From NCBI GenBank assembly GCA_965552055.1, contig CBEVQO010000008.1, positions 1-64,000 of the forward strand: DNA of 64,000 nucleotides. Direction: 5' to 3'. A model generated the notes under the pieces. It had not been told where the DNA came from. It searched no databases and saw only the letters and a list, made by a program, of their open reading frames with translations. The DNA is from an uncultured bacterium (GTDB taxonomy: Bacteria; Hydrothermota; UBA3073; NMUJ01; CBEVQO01). Position numbers and translations under genes: made by a program. This document shows positions 1-10,866 of the stretch, piece by piece. How positions within the stretch are numbered: position 1 is the first letter of the stretch; the number at the start of each line of letters is the position of its first letter.

Positions 1-89
1 GAGAAAAGCGTTTAAAAGAGAGAGCATGGTGGGTTGGAATAGTCGTCGCTTTACTCACAACTTTAATAATGTTGTTAACAAAAATTTAA
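1..89 (+). CDS. Partial (3' end) small coiled-coil protein with C-terminal TM helix; first visible copy of a tandem family
   Basis: Frame 3..89 reads [28 protein letters not shown], identical to the C-termini of 99..320 and 330..563. Confidence 0.85.
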   Translation, partial: EKRLKERAWWVGIVVALLTTLIMLLTKI

Positions 90-98
90 GGAGGGGAT

Positions 99-320
99 AT
101 GCCAGAATACGCAACAAAAGAAGATTTGATGAAGATAAGAGAAGAGACAAGAGAAGAAATAATGAAAACAAAAGAAGTAGTAATGAGACTAGAGAAAAAA
201 TTACAGGAAGCAGAAACAAGAAATAATGAAAGAGAAAAGCGCTTAAAAGAGAGAGCATGGTGGGTTGGGATTGTCGTCGCTTTACTCACAACTTTAATAA
301 TGTTATTAACAAAAATTTAA
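99..320 (+). CDS. Small tail-anchored coiled-coil protein (DUF1640/CCDC90/Bdr-like architecture)
   Basis: SD GGAGGGG; ATKEDL motif, E/K-rich coiled coil, hydrophobic C-terminus. Confidence 0.8.
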   Translation: MPEYATKEDLMKIREETREEIMKTKEVVMRLEKKLQEAETRNNEREKRLKERAWWVGIVVALLTTLIMLLTKI

Positions 321-329
321 GGAGGGAAT

Positions 330-1596
<1,267 letters not shown>

Positions 1597-1614
1597 AATT
1601 AAAAAGGAGGAAGA

Positions 1615-2787
1615 ATGCATTCAATAAAAGAATTAGATATCGAAAGAAAAAGAATTTTAATGCGCGTGGATTATAATGTGCCTATAAAAGAAGGAAAAAT
1701 AACAGACGATACAAGGATAAAAGCAACACTTCCAACGATAAAATATATCCTCGAAAGAAAAGGAAAATTAATACTGATGTCACACCTCGGCAGACCAAAA
1801 GGCAAAAAGGTACCCGAATTATCACTGAAACCTGTAGCACAAAGATTATCAGAATTGCTCGGTATAGAGATTAAATTCTCTGATTGTTGCATAAGTGATG
1901 AGGCATTAAAATTAGCATCAGGATTAAAAGAAGGAGAAGTTTTGTTGCTCGAAAATTTACGCTTCCATCCGGAAGAGGAGAAAAACGATAAAGGATTTGC
2001 ACAAAAACTCGCAAGATATGGTGATGTATACATAAACGATGCTTTCGCTGTATCACACAGAAAACATGCATCAGTGCACGCAATATGTGAATTCTTCACA
2101 GAAAAAGGATACGGATTTCTTATGGAAAAAGAATTAAAATATCTAAAAGAAGCAATGGAAAAGCCAGAATATCCTTTTATCGCAGTAATGGGAGGTGCAA
2201 AAGTTTCGGATAAAGTAGAACTAATCGAAAGAATTGCCCAAAAAGCAGATAAATTATTGATCGGCGGAGCAATGGCATTTACATTTTACAAAGCAATGGG
2301 ATACGAAACAGGAGATTCTCTTGTTGAAGAAGAAAAGATAGATTTAGCACGAACTTTACTGGAAAAATTTAAAGATAAAATAATGCTACCTGTAGATGTT
2401 GTGATTGCAGACAAATTTGATAACGATGCAAACAGAAAAGAAGTTTCAGCAGACAAAATAGAATCTGGATGGCGAGGACTTGACATCGGTGAAAAAACAA
2501 TTATAAAATTCAAAGAAGAAATATCGAGAGCAAAAACAATTTTGTGGAACGGACCTCTGGGAGTATTTGAATTTGACAATTTCAGCAAGGGAACACATGA
2601 AATAGCAAAAGCAATAGCAGAAGCCACAGAAAAAGGTGCAATAACTGTCCTGGGAGGAGGCGATACAGTAGCGGCTATTGAAAAATTTGGTTTAAAGGAT
2701 AAATACACGCATGTATCAACAGGCGGAGGTGCTTCACTCGAATTACTTGCAGGAAAAGAATTACCAGCATTAAAGGCACTCGAATAA
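1615..2787 (+). CDS. pgk: Phosphoglycerate kinase
   Basis: RVDYNVP, SHLGRP, GGAKVSDK, STGGGASLE. Confidence 0.98.
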   Translation: MHSIKELDIERKRILMRVDYNVPIKEGKITDDTRIKATLPTIKYILERKGKLILMSHLGRPKGKKVPELSLKPVAQRLSELLGIEIKFSDCCISDEALKLASGLKEGEVLLLENLRFHPEEEKNDKGFAQKLARYGDVYINDAFAVSHRKHASVHAICEFFTEKGYGFLMEKELKYLKEAMEKPEYPFIAVMGGAKVSDKVELIERIAQKADKLLIGGAMAFTFYKAMGYETGDSLVEEEKIDLARTLLEKFKDKIMLPVDVVIADKFDNDANRKEVSADKIESGWRGLDIGEKTIIKFKEEISRAKTILWNGPLGVFEFDNFSKGTHEIAKAIAEATEKGAITVLGGGDTVAAIEKFGLKDKYTHVSTGGGASLELLAGKELPALKALE

Positions 2788-3170
2788 TGGATAAAATCAC
2801 ACTAATAGAAAATATGATGAAAGAAGCCAAAAAGTATATTGAGGAAAAGAACGCCATACAGGCAAGCGAAAAGCTGTATAAAGTAGCAGAAGAATGCATA
2901 AAAATACTGGCTGAAAAAGAAGGAATACCAGAATTTGAAAAAGCACAGAAAAAAGAACAATGGCAAACATATTTGTTAGGACAGGCGGCGAAATCCTTAT
3001 CCAGCATTTTAAAAGAAGAAAAAATAAACTTCGCATGGACTACCGCTTATGATGTGCATGTGTGGGGTTTCCACGAATTAAAGTATAGCTTAAAAGATGT
3101 AAAAACCGCATTAAAACCAATAGAATGGCTACTTAATTTCACAAAAGAATATCTGAAAAATCATGGATAA
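2787..3170 (+). CDS. PaREP1-family (HEPN-fold) protein, copy 1
   Basis: QASEKLYKVAEE and W..AYDVHVWGFHE motifs typical of PaREP1. Confidence 0.85.
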   Translation: MDKITLIENMMKEAKKYIEEKNAIQASEKLYKVAEECIKILAEKEGIPEFEKAQKKEQWQTYLLGQAAKSLSSILKEEKINFAWTTAYDVHVWGFHELKYSLKDVKTALKPIEWLLNFTKEYLKNHG

Positions 3171-3546
3171 AATCACACAAATAGAGAATATAATGAAAGA
3201 AGCCAAAAAGTATATCGAAGAACAAAATCCAATGCAGGCAAGCGAAAAATTATACAAAGTGGCAGAAGAATGCATAAAAATACTGGCTGAAAAAGAAGGA
3301 ATACCAGAATTTGAAAAAGCACAGAAAAAAGAACAATGGCAAACATATTTGTTAGGACAGGCGGCGAAATCCTTATCCAGCATTTTAAAAGAAGAAAAAA
3401 TAAACTTCGCATGGACTACCGCTTATGATGTGCATGTGTGGGGTTTCCACGAATTAAAGTATAGCTTAAAAGATGTAAAAACCGCATTAAAACCAATAGA
3501 ATGGCTACTTAATTTCACAAAAGAATATCTGAAAAATCATGGATAA
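3163..3546 (+). CDS. PaREP1-family protein, copy 2
   Basis: Same motifs; 8-nt overlap with copy 1. Confidence 0.85.
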   Translation: MDKITQIENIMKEAKKYIEEQNPMQASEKLYKVAEECIKILAEKEGIPEFEKAQKKEQWQTYLLGQAAKSLSSILKEEKINFAWTTAYDVHVWGFHELKYSLKDVKTALKPIEWLLNFTKEYLKNHG

Positions 3547-3922
3547 AATCACACAAATAGAGAATATAATGAAAGAAGCCAAAAAGTATATCGAAGAACA
3601 AAATCCAATGCAGGCAAGCGAAAAATTATACAAAGTGGCAGAAGAATGCATAAAAATACTGGCTGAAAAAGAAAGAATACCCGAATTTGAAAAAGCACAG
3701 AAAAAAGAACAATGGCAAACATATCTTCTTTCGAAAGCAGCGAAAACACTTTCTCTAAAATTGAAAGAAGAAAAAATAAATACCGCTTGGAACACCGCTT
3801 ACGATATACATGTGTGGGGATTCCACGAACTCAAATTCGATATTAAAGATGTAAAAATATCCGTAAAGCCAATAGAATGGCTACTTAACTTCACAAAAGA
3901 ATATCTGAAAAATCATGGATAA
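3539..3922 (+). CDS. PaREP1-family protein, copy 3
   Basis: Same motifs; divergent C-terminal half. Confidence 0.85.
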   Translation: MDKITQIENIMKEAKKYIEEQNPMQASEKLYKVAEECIKILAEKERIPEFEKAQKKEQWQTYLLSKAAKTLSLKLKEEKINTAWNTAYDIHVWGFHELKFDIKDVKISVKPIEWLLNFTKEYLKNHG

Positions 3923-4298
3923 AATCGCACAGATAGAGAATATAATGAAAGAAGCCAAAAAGTATATCGAAGAACAAAATCCAATGCAGGCAAGCGAAAA
4001 ACTGTATAAGGTGGCAGAAGAATGCATAAAAATACTGGCTGAAAAAGAAAGAATACCTGAATTCGAGAAGGCACAGCAAAAAGAGCAATGGCAAACATAT
4101 TTGCTAGGACAGGCGGTAACAAGTTTGGCAGAAAAACTAAAAGAAGAAAAAATTATAACTGCATGGACGGATGCTTATGATGTGCATGTATGGGGTTTCC
4201 ACGAATTAAAGTATAGATTAAAGGATATAAAAGCAAGGGTAAAATCAATTGAATGGTTATTCAATTTCACAAAAGAATATTTAAAAAATCATGGATAA
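3915..4298 (+). CDS. PaREP1-family protein, copy 4
   Basis: Same motifs; divergent C-terminal half. Confidence 0.85.
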   Translation: MDKIAQIENIMKEAKKYIEEQNPMQASEKLYKVAEECIKILAEKERIPEFEKAQQKEQWQTYLLGQAVTSLAEKLKEEKIITAWTDAYDVHVWGFHELKYRLKDIKARVKSIEWLFNFTKEYLKNHG

Positions 4299-5118
4299 AC
4301 TTCTTTTTGGACCTGCGGGTGTACCTTTATCTGCAAAAGACAGGTCAACTGTCGGCGGTGTTAAAGAAGTGGCGAACCTCGGACTCGGATGCATGGAAAT
4401 AGAATTTGTGAGAGGCGTAAGAATGTCTGAAAAAATAGCAAAAGAAGTACAAAAAGTAGCAAAGGAAAAAGGAGTTGTCCTGACAGTTCATGCACCATAT
4501 TTCATAAATCTAAATTCATCAGAAAAAGATAAAGTCAAAGCATCAATCCAGAGAATACTTGATTCGGCGCACATCGGAGCAATTTGCGGAGCAAAGTTCG
4601 TAACCTTCCACGCAGCATATTACGGGAAAGACGACCCAAAAGATGTTTACAAAAGGGTAAAAAATGCATTAAAAGAAATAGTAAAGATAATAAAAGATAA
4701 AGGCTGGGATATAGAAATTCGTCCAGAAACAACAGGAAAAATCTCACAATTTGGCACAGTGGATGAACTCATAAAATTAGCACACGAAATAGACACAAAA
4801 CCATGCATTGACTTTGCTCATATTTATGCAAGAAGTTTGGGAGAATTCAACGGATACGATAAATTCAACGAATTAATAGATAAACTCGAAAAAGAATTGG
4901 GAAAAGAATTTTTAAAAGAAATGCACATCCATTTATCGGGAATAGAATACGGTAAAAGTGGTGAAACAAAGCACACACCGGTAAAAGAATCTAACTTCAA
5001 ATGGAAAGATGTTTTAAAAGTGCTAAAAGAAAGAGAAATCTGCGGAGTGGTAATATCAGAATCACCAATTTTAGAACAGGATGCCCTATTAATGCAAAAT
5101 GAATATGAAAAATTATAA
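4291..5118 (+). CDS. nfo: Endonuclease IV-like TIM-barrel protein (archaeal type)
   Basis: FGPAGVP, HAPYFINL, RPETTGK, IDFAH, HIHLSGIEY, ISESP. Confidence 0.85.
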   Translation: MDKLLFGPAGVPLSAKDRSTVGGVKEVANLGLGCMEIEFVRGVRMSEKIAKEVQKVAKEKGVVLTVHAPYFINLNSSEKDKVKASIQRILDSAHIGAICGAKFVTFHAAYYGKDDPKDVYKRVKNALKEIVKIIKDKGWDIEIRPETTGKISQFGTVDELIKLAHEIDTKPCIDFAHIYARSLGEFNGYDKFNELIDKLEKELGKEFLKEMHIHLSGIEYGKSGETKHTPVKESNFKWKDVLKVLKEREICGVVISESPILEQDALLMQNEYEKL

Positions 5119-5168
5119 CTCAATTACAACCAGGGCATGAAAAATATTTGTAAGAAACTTAGAGGAAT

Positions 5169-5817
5169 GCATACCCGCAAAATGTTAGGTGAAGCGGCAG
5201 CAAGGTGACGCAAAAACATAAGATAAAAGTCCCATCATATTCAGGATTTTATTACGGGTGGAATAGAATCTTCGAATATGATGGGGAAGCGGTCAAAAAT
5301 ACCACCCGAAGGAGGTAACATGCAAGTCAAAATCACAGCAGCAATAACAGCATTCGTTGCAGCCGCGTTCCTAACCGGTTGCGCAATGTTATCAAAGAAA
5401 GTCCCTTCCCCTGTAGAGAAAGCAGCAACAGAACCTACCGTTGAAGTGCTGGAAGTTAAAATGGAGAAAACATCTATGGAGAAAGATGCACTGGACAATT
5501 TAGTTATTACTGGAACCGCTGTTTATCATCCTCCAAAGGTAGGAGCTAAAGCATTCAAAGATTACCTGTGGGACATTCGATTTGGCGTGTATGATGAAGA
5601 TGGGAACAAATTGTTTCATGTAGATGGTGCAGATTGTGGAGAAGACGGAAAGGAAGAAAACGTAAAACCTAATGTACCATTTCCATTTAAAAGCATAACA
5701 GGTTCTGCTTATGTAGGTTGGGATAAATTTCTTAAAGCAAAAATTGTTAAAATAGAAAGATTTAGAGTTGTTCAATAATTGTCAAAATGCTGCTGCTTCA
5801 CCTAACAGCGGGTATGC
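5169..5817 (+). mobile_element. Integron gene-cassette-like unit bracketed by attC-like half-sites
   Basis: GCATACCCGC-aaaat-GTTAGGT-GAAGCGGCAGCA (5169-5202) and TGCTGCTGCTTC-ACCTAAC-AGCGGGTATGC (5788-5817) are inverted repeats with GTTRRRY/RYYYAAC cores. Confidence 0.65.
5320..5778 (+). CDS. Hypothetical lipoprotein
   Basis: SD GGAGGT before ATG 5320; signal peptide with lipobox LTGC. Confidence 0.75.
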   Translation: MQVKITAAITAFVAAAFLTGCAMLSKKVPSPVEKAATEPTVEVLEVKMEKTSMEKDALDNLVITGTAVYHPPKVGAKAFKDYLWDIRFGVYDEDGNKLFHVDGADCGEDGKEENVKPNVPFPFKSITGSAYVGWDKFLKAKIVKIERFRVVQ

Positions 5818-5957
5818 GTTACCTATCTTATTCAGATCATTTAAATCCACAAAGAAAAATCTCGATCTATAAAACATATGCTTATCAACTGCATGCTGGT
5901 GGTGTTGTTCTACAACCCATTTGTAATAAGCTCGGCTACGTTTCACAATAATTTTTC

Positions 5958-5985
5958 TTGACTTCTCTGTTGTCCCAATTATAAT
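5958..5985 (+). promoter_or_regulatory. sigma70-like promoter TTGACT-N16-TATAAT
   Basis: Direct motif match upstream of 6001. Confidence 0.7.
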
Positions 5986-6000
5986 TTTAAAAAGGGGAAG

Positions 6001-6919
6001 ATGAAAAGAGTTTGGCTTATAATGACAATCTTATGGTTAGCGATAATAAATTGCAAGAAGATCAAAAAAGAAAATAACCCTCCGACCGCGCCTATTATTT
6101 CGGGACCGGATAGCATAAGTGTAGGTGAAAGCGTAACATTCACAGCGAGTGCAGAGGATCCGGATGGAGATAATGTAGCAATTAGATTTTCATGGGGAGA
6201 CGGTGACACATCCAATTGGAGTTCTTTTGTATCATCATGGCAATCTGTGTCAATGAGCCATATCTATACAGGCGCAGGTACTTATTATATAACAGCACAG
6301 GCTAAAGATACAAGGAATGCGCTTTCAAAATGGTCATCTTTCCATAAAATCAAAATAATAGGAAAGAATATTCCACCGAATGCACCAGTTGTTTCGGGTC
6401 CTAATGAGGCCGCAACAGACGAGTATATATACTTCACAGCAAGTGCCTTGGACCCTGATAGCGACAGTGTGGCAATCAGATTTGCATGGGGAGATGGAAA
6501 TACTACAAAATGGAGCGGTTATAGGAGTAACAATCGGAAATGGTAGAAATGATGGCAAACCAAGGGTTTATGCTACTTGTTTCCACGGAAGCGTTTATGA
6601 GTTTGAATGGACAGAATCAGGATGGCTAAAGGTAAAGATGGGACAAGCACCACTTTGGCCATATATGGCAACAGTAGGAAAAGACATAGTTATAGCTGAT
6701 GGAAGAGGCGATGGCAAATTAAGAGTATATGCTACTTGTGGCTATGGTGTAGGGATACATGAATTCGAATGGACAGGCTCATCTTGGATCAAAAAAGAAA
6801 TAGATTCTGGGCCCACTACTACAATATCAGCAGGTGATGCCAGAGGAGACGGCAAACCAAGAGTTTATGGGTGTTTTAGTATCTATATTTATGAATTGGA
6901 ATGGACAAACCAAAAATAA
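6001..6919 (+). pseudogene. PKD-domain lipoprotein with C-terminal GRxDGKPRVY...EFEWT repeats, broken near 6520
   Basis: 6001..6546: lipobox-like INCKK plus 1.5 PKD-like domains (IRFSWGDG); three repeats continue in another frame to 6919. Confidence 0.7.
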
Positions 6920-6984
6920 AAATAATTTTAAACAACACTTTTATATTTTATCGAAAAAATAATTGAAGATAAAGCGGAGGGAAG

Positions 6985-7290
6985 ATGAAAGTAGTTGATG
7001 TTAAAGAAATGAAAGTGTATCCACTTGAGGAAAAGCGAAAAAACATCTTTTATGAAGCAAATGAATTTAAAGCAAGAGTAGTAGAATTGCCTCCCGGAGG
7101 AGAAATACCGGAATGCAAAATGTCCGCTTATGTCATATTTTACGTTGTTAAAGGAACAGCAGAAATAACCGTTAACGGAGAAAAAGTGAATTTAAAGGAA
7201 GGACAATGCTTAATCACAGAGCCCACAACATTATCAATGAAAACAAAAGACGGCGTCAGAATAATGGGAATCATAATAATAAAGCACTAA
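6985..7290 (+). CDS. Cupin-domain protein
   Basis: ELPPGGEIP...FYVVKGTAEITVNGE...LKEGQ cupin pattern; SD GGAGGG. Confidence 0.8.
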   Translation: MKVVDVKEMKVYPLEEKRKNIFYEANEFKARVVELPPGGEIPECKMSAYVIFYVVKGTAEITVNGEKVNLKEGQCLITEPTTLSMKTKDGVRIMGIIIIKH

Positions 7291-8222
7291 AAACCAGCAA
7301 CTTTATAGAATTCGTCGATTTCGGCTGTAGCAACGCAAATCACTGTATCTGCACCACCATAATAGACATAAACTGTGCCATCTTTCAACACTGCACCACA
7401 GGTAAACACTACATTGGCAACATCACCCTGTGTCTCAAATTCTTTCTCGGGCTCTAAAATAGGTTCCGGATGCCTGTAAATTATTTTGCTCGGGTCATCC
7501 AAATCTGCAAAGAAAAATCCCAATCTATAAACCATATATCTATCAACCGCATGATAAATAATAAGCCAGCCATGTTCTGTTTTTATAGGTTGAGCACCAC
7601 CCCCTACTTTAAAATGCTCCCATTCATATTGAGGACTCAATAAGATATTTAAATTTTTCCAGTGAACCAAATCTTTTGAATAACAAATCCACATATGCGG
7701 GGGTATTCTTATGTACATCACATATTTATCACCAAATTTTTCAGGAAAAAGTATCCCATGTTTATTGTCAACTCCGAGAAAAGGATAATATCTTTTGCCC
7801 CAGCGCCAATTTTTCGATAGGAAATCTTCAACCTTTATTCTATTCATTGCAAGTTGAATTATTTCTTTTGGCTTTTCTGTTTTCATCCCCGGCCATATCC
7901 CATAAGCAGTATAAGTAAGGATAAGCTCATCTCCTATTTGCACGATTCTCGGGTCTTCACACCCAAATTTCTCCCAATCACCTTCAGGCTCATAAACAGG
8001 ATAGGGAAGGCGCTCATCTATTGTAAAGCCGTCTTTTGTAGACGCATAGCCCAAACGAGAAATCATACCTTTTTCCCTTCCATTCCTTGCCCTGTAAATT
8101 ATATGTATTTTATCATCAAGATAAATAGCTGCTGCATTGAATACAACATATTCTTCCCACTCATTTTGAGGATTCGGCTTCAATATAGGATTTCCCTCGT
8201 ATCTTTTTAATTTAAAGCCCAT
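7287..8222 (-). CDS. GH130-like glycosidase/phosphorylase
   Basis: NPILKP, VFNAAA, GCEDPRI, NVVFTCGAV, YYGGADT. Confidence 0.88.
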   Translation of the reverse strand: MGFKLKRYEGNPILKPNPQNEWEEYVVFNAAAIYLDDKIHIIYRARNGREKGMISRLGYASTKDGFTIDERLPYPVYEPEGDWEKFGCEDPRIVQIGDELILTYTAYGIWPGMKTEKPKEIIQLAMNRIKVEDFLSKNWRWGKRYYPFLGVDNKHGILFPEKFGDKYVMYIRIPPHMWICYSKDLVHWKNLNILLSPQYEWEHFKVGGGAQPIKTEHGWLIIYHAVDRYMVYRLGFFFADLDDPSKIIYRHPEPILEPEKEFETQGDVANVVFTCGAVLKDGTVYVYYGGADTVICVATAEIDEFYKVAGF

Positions 8223-8581
8223 TTCACCTCCTTTAGCTCAATCGCTGTTACTTTTTCCAATTTTCTTTCCACAGGATTTACCTTTAAACCAAGTATTTCA
8301 AGCGTTGTATAACCAATGACAGGAACTTCACTTTCTCCACCAATGGTAACATATATTTGTCTTTTTATCCCTTCTATTTCAATTTCGACAATATCAAGTT
8401 TTCGAGAAATTATTTTACCATCGCCGATTTTTACTTTGACTTCTTCTTTACCTTCTATCCCGAGTTTATCAGCCACATTTTTAGGAATTTTCGTAAATGT
8501 AGAACCTGTATCAACAATTGCTTCTACTTCTTCAACCTTATCATTTTTAAAAAATTTTGCTTTTACAAGCACTTCGCCCAT
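8207..8581 (-). CDS. Clan AA (retropepsin-like) aspartic protease
   Basis: AIVDTGST motif, IGYTTLEILGLKVNP; start overlaps guaA stop (TGATG). Confidence 0.85.
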   Translation of the reverse strand: MGEVLVKAKFFKNDKVEEVEAIVDTGSTFTKIPKNVADKLGIEGKEEVKVKIGDGKIISRKLDIVEIEIEGIKRQIYVTIGGESEVPVIGYTTLEILGLKVNPVERKLEKVTAIELKEVKWALN

Positions 8582-10080
8582 CACTCCCATTCAATTGTCG
8601 CAGGCGGTTTTGAACTTACATCATAAACCACTCTGTTTACCCCTTCAACTTCCCTTATTATTCTATTTGCTACTTTAAAGAGAAAATCATAGGGCAAAGG
8701 CGCTGGATTTGCGGTCATGCCATCTGTGCTTTCAACAGCTCTTAAAGCAATAACATTTTCATAGGTGCGCTTATCACCCATTACTCCAACAGTTTTAACA
8801 GGCAAAAACACACAAAATGCCTGCCATATTTTGTCATACAAGCCTGATTTTTTCAACTCATCAATAAAAATTTCATCAGCTTTATTAACAATATCTAACC
8901 TGTCTTTTGTAACTTCACCTATAATTCTCACAGCAAGACCAGGACCGGGAAAAGGATGCCGACCGCAAATTTCCTCAGGTAAAGAAAGTGCCCTTCCAAT
9001 TTCTCTAACTTCATCTTTAAATAAATCCCTCAAAGGTTCTATAAGTTCAAATCCAAGTTTTTCTGGCAAACCTCCTACATTATGATGTGTTTTTATGATA
9101 GCAGATGGACCTTTTTGAGATTTCGATTCTATTCTATCGGGATAAAGCGTACCCTGAGCAAGATATTTCACATCTTTTATTTTTGAAGCTTCCCTCTCAA
9201 AAACTTCAATAAATTTATGTCCAATTATTCTGCGTTTCTCTTCAGGGTCAGTAACACCCTTTAAAGCATTCAAAAATTCTTCCCTCGCATCTATAATTTT
9301 GGCTTTCGGAAAATATTTCTTAATCGTCTTGATATCCCTTTTTCTCATCAATCCGGTATCCACAAAAATAGGTATAACCCTATCACCCACTGCCTTCTCA
9401 CATAGTTTATATGTTACTGAAGAATCAACACCCCCAGATAAAGCAATTATTATCTTTCCGGATTTTGCCCTTTCCGATATTTCTTTTATCTTTTCGGAAA
9501 TAAAATCTTTCGGATTGAATTCCGCATCATTTTGACATATTTTCTTTACGAAATTTTCTAAGATAATTTTGCCAAATTGAGTATGGGCAACTTCTGGATG
9601 AAATTGTAATCCATATATTTTATCTTTCTTTATCGCACAAATAGCACCCGATTCAGAAACTGCTAATACATCAAAATCTTTCGGAACTTTTTCCACATAA
9701 TCACCATGACTCATCCATACCCTTATCCTTTTCGGAATTCCTTCAAAAATTTTATTTTCCTTCCGAATAATTATTTCGGTATCTCCATATTCTCTTTTAC
9801 CCGCTTTTACATCTCCTCCGAATAATTTAGAAATTAATTGCATGCCAAGGCAAATACCGAGTAAAGGTTTACCTTCGGAAATTATTTTTCTGATGAATTC
9901 CTCATATTTTCCGATTTCAAAATCTTGGTCATAGACGCTTGCAGGTCCACCGGATAAAATAACTCCTTTTGCCTCCTTTATAATTTCAACATCTGTTATT
10001 TCGGAAAATATCCGCATCTCCCTTATACGCCTCGCAATCAACATTGTATATTGGGAACCAAGGTCTACTACCTGAATCAT
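8581..10080 (-). CDS. guaA: GMP synthase (glutamine-hydrolysing)
   Basis: [35 protein letters not shown]. Confidence 0.98.
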   Translation of the reverse strand: MIQVVDLGSQYTMLIARRIREMRIFSEITDVEIIKEAKGVILSGGPASVYDQDFEIGKYEEFIRKIISEGKPLLGICLGMQLISKLFGGDVKAGKREYGDTEIIIRKENKIFEGIPKRIRVWMSHGDYVEKVPKDFDVLAVSESGAICAIKKDKIYGLQFHPEVAHTQFGKIILENFVKKICQNDAEFNPKDFISEKIKEISERAKSGKIIIALSGGVDSSVTYKLCEKAVGDRVIPIFVDTGLMRKRDIKTIKKYFPKAKIIDAREEFLNALKGVTDPEEKRRIIGHKFIEVFEREASKIKDVKYLAQGTLYPDRIESKSQKGPSAIIKTHHNVGGLPEKLGFELIEPLRDLFKDEVREIGRALSLPEEICGRHPFPGPGLAVRIIGEVTKDRLDIVNKADEIFIDELKKSGLYDKIWQAFCVFLPVKTVGVMGDKRTYENVIALRAVESTDGMTANPAPLPYDFLFKVANRIIREVEGVNRVVYDVSSKPPATIEWE

Positions 10081-10460
10081 AAGTATTCTACAAACTCCTT
10101 TGGATAGTTTGAAAGGTCAAGTTTCTCTTCATCGGGAAGGGGTCTTATCCCCCACTCCTGCATAGTGAGTGCTCCTATCAAAACTTTAATCTCTTTTCCT
10201 TCTTCATCCTTTCCTAACTTTTCAATTACTCTGGCATGTGTATGAATGGGCAAACCTTCCACTTTGCAGATTAGAATACAACCTTTCTTTATGGTGTGAA
10301 CTTTCCCATCTAAAGTAACTTTTTCCTCATAAGGCATATCAAATGTTATGAGATTTTTAGCAACATCTGCAGTAACATAAGTATTTCTTGACCCCGTATC
10401 AAACAATGTCCAGTATTCTTTTCCGTTAATTACTATATTTGCTCTCACTCTGCCCATCAA
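10077..10460 (-). CDS. Retropepsin-like aspartic protease, tandem copy 2
   Basis: LFDTGS motif, [13 protein letters not shown]. Confidence 0.8.
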   Translation of the reverse strand: MMGRVRANIVINGKEYWTLFDTGSRNTYVTADVAKNLITFDMPYEEKVTLDGKVHTIKKGCILICKVEGLPIHTHARVIEKLGKDEEGKEIKVLIGALTMQEWGIRPLPDEEKLDLSNYPKEFVEYL

Positions 10461-10834
10461 TACTCTACAAATTCCTTTGGATAATTTGAGAGGTCGAGCT
10501 TCTCTTCATCAGGTAAAGGTCTTATCCCCCATTCCTGCATCGTTAAAGCTCCAATTAAAACTTTGATTTCTTTTCCTTCTTCATCTTTTCCTAACCTTTC
10601 GATTATTCTTGCACGGGTGCGAATGGGTAATCCTTCGATAAAACATATTAAAATGCATTCTTTTTTGATTGTGTGAACTTTTCCACCAAGAGAAACTTTT
10701 TCTTCATAAGGAATATCAAAAGTGATTAAATTTTTCGCTACTTCTGGAACAACATAAGTATTTCTCGAACCTGTATCAAATAGCGCCCAGTATTCTTTTC
10801 CGTTAATTACTATATTTGCTCTCACTCTACCCAT
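10457..10834 (-). CDS. Retropepsin-like aspartic protease, tandem copy 1 (likely leaderless)
   Basis: LFDTGS motif; ATG 10834 is 5 nt after TATAAT. Confidence 0.8.
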   Translation of the reverse strand: MGRVRANIVINGKEYWALFDTGSRNTYVVPEVAKNLITFDIPYEEKVSLGGKVHTIKKECILICFIEGLPIRTRARIIERLGKDEEGKEIKVLIGALTMQEWGIRPLPDEEKLDLSNYPKEFVEY

Positions 10835-10839
10835 CATTT

Positions 10840-10866
10840 ATTATAACCGAAATTTCTTCCTGTCAA
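10840..10866 (-). promoter_or_regulatory. Promoter TTGACA-N15-TATAAT; -35 contains the rpe stop
   Basis: Direct motif match. Confidence 0.75.

Larger units (their letters stand above)
2787..4299 (+). repeat. Tandem gene array, 4 units with a 376-bp period, bounded by ATGGATAAA
   Basis: ATGGATAAA at 2787, 3163, 3539, 3915 and 4291. Confidence 0.95.
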
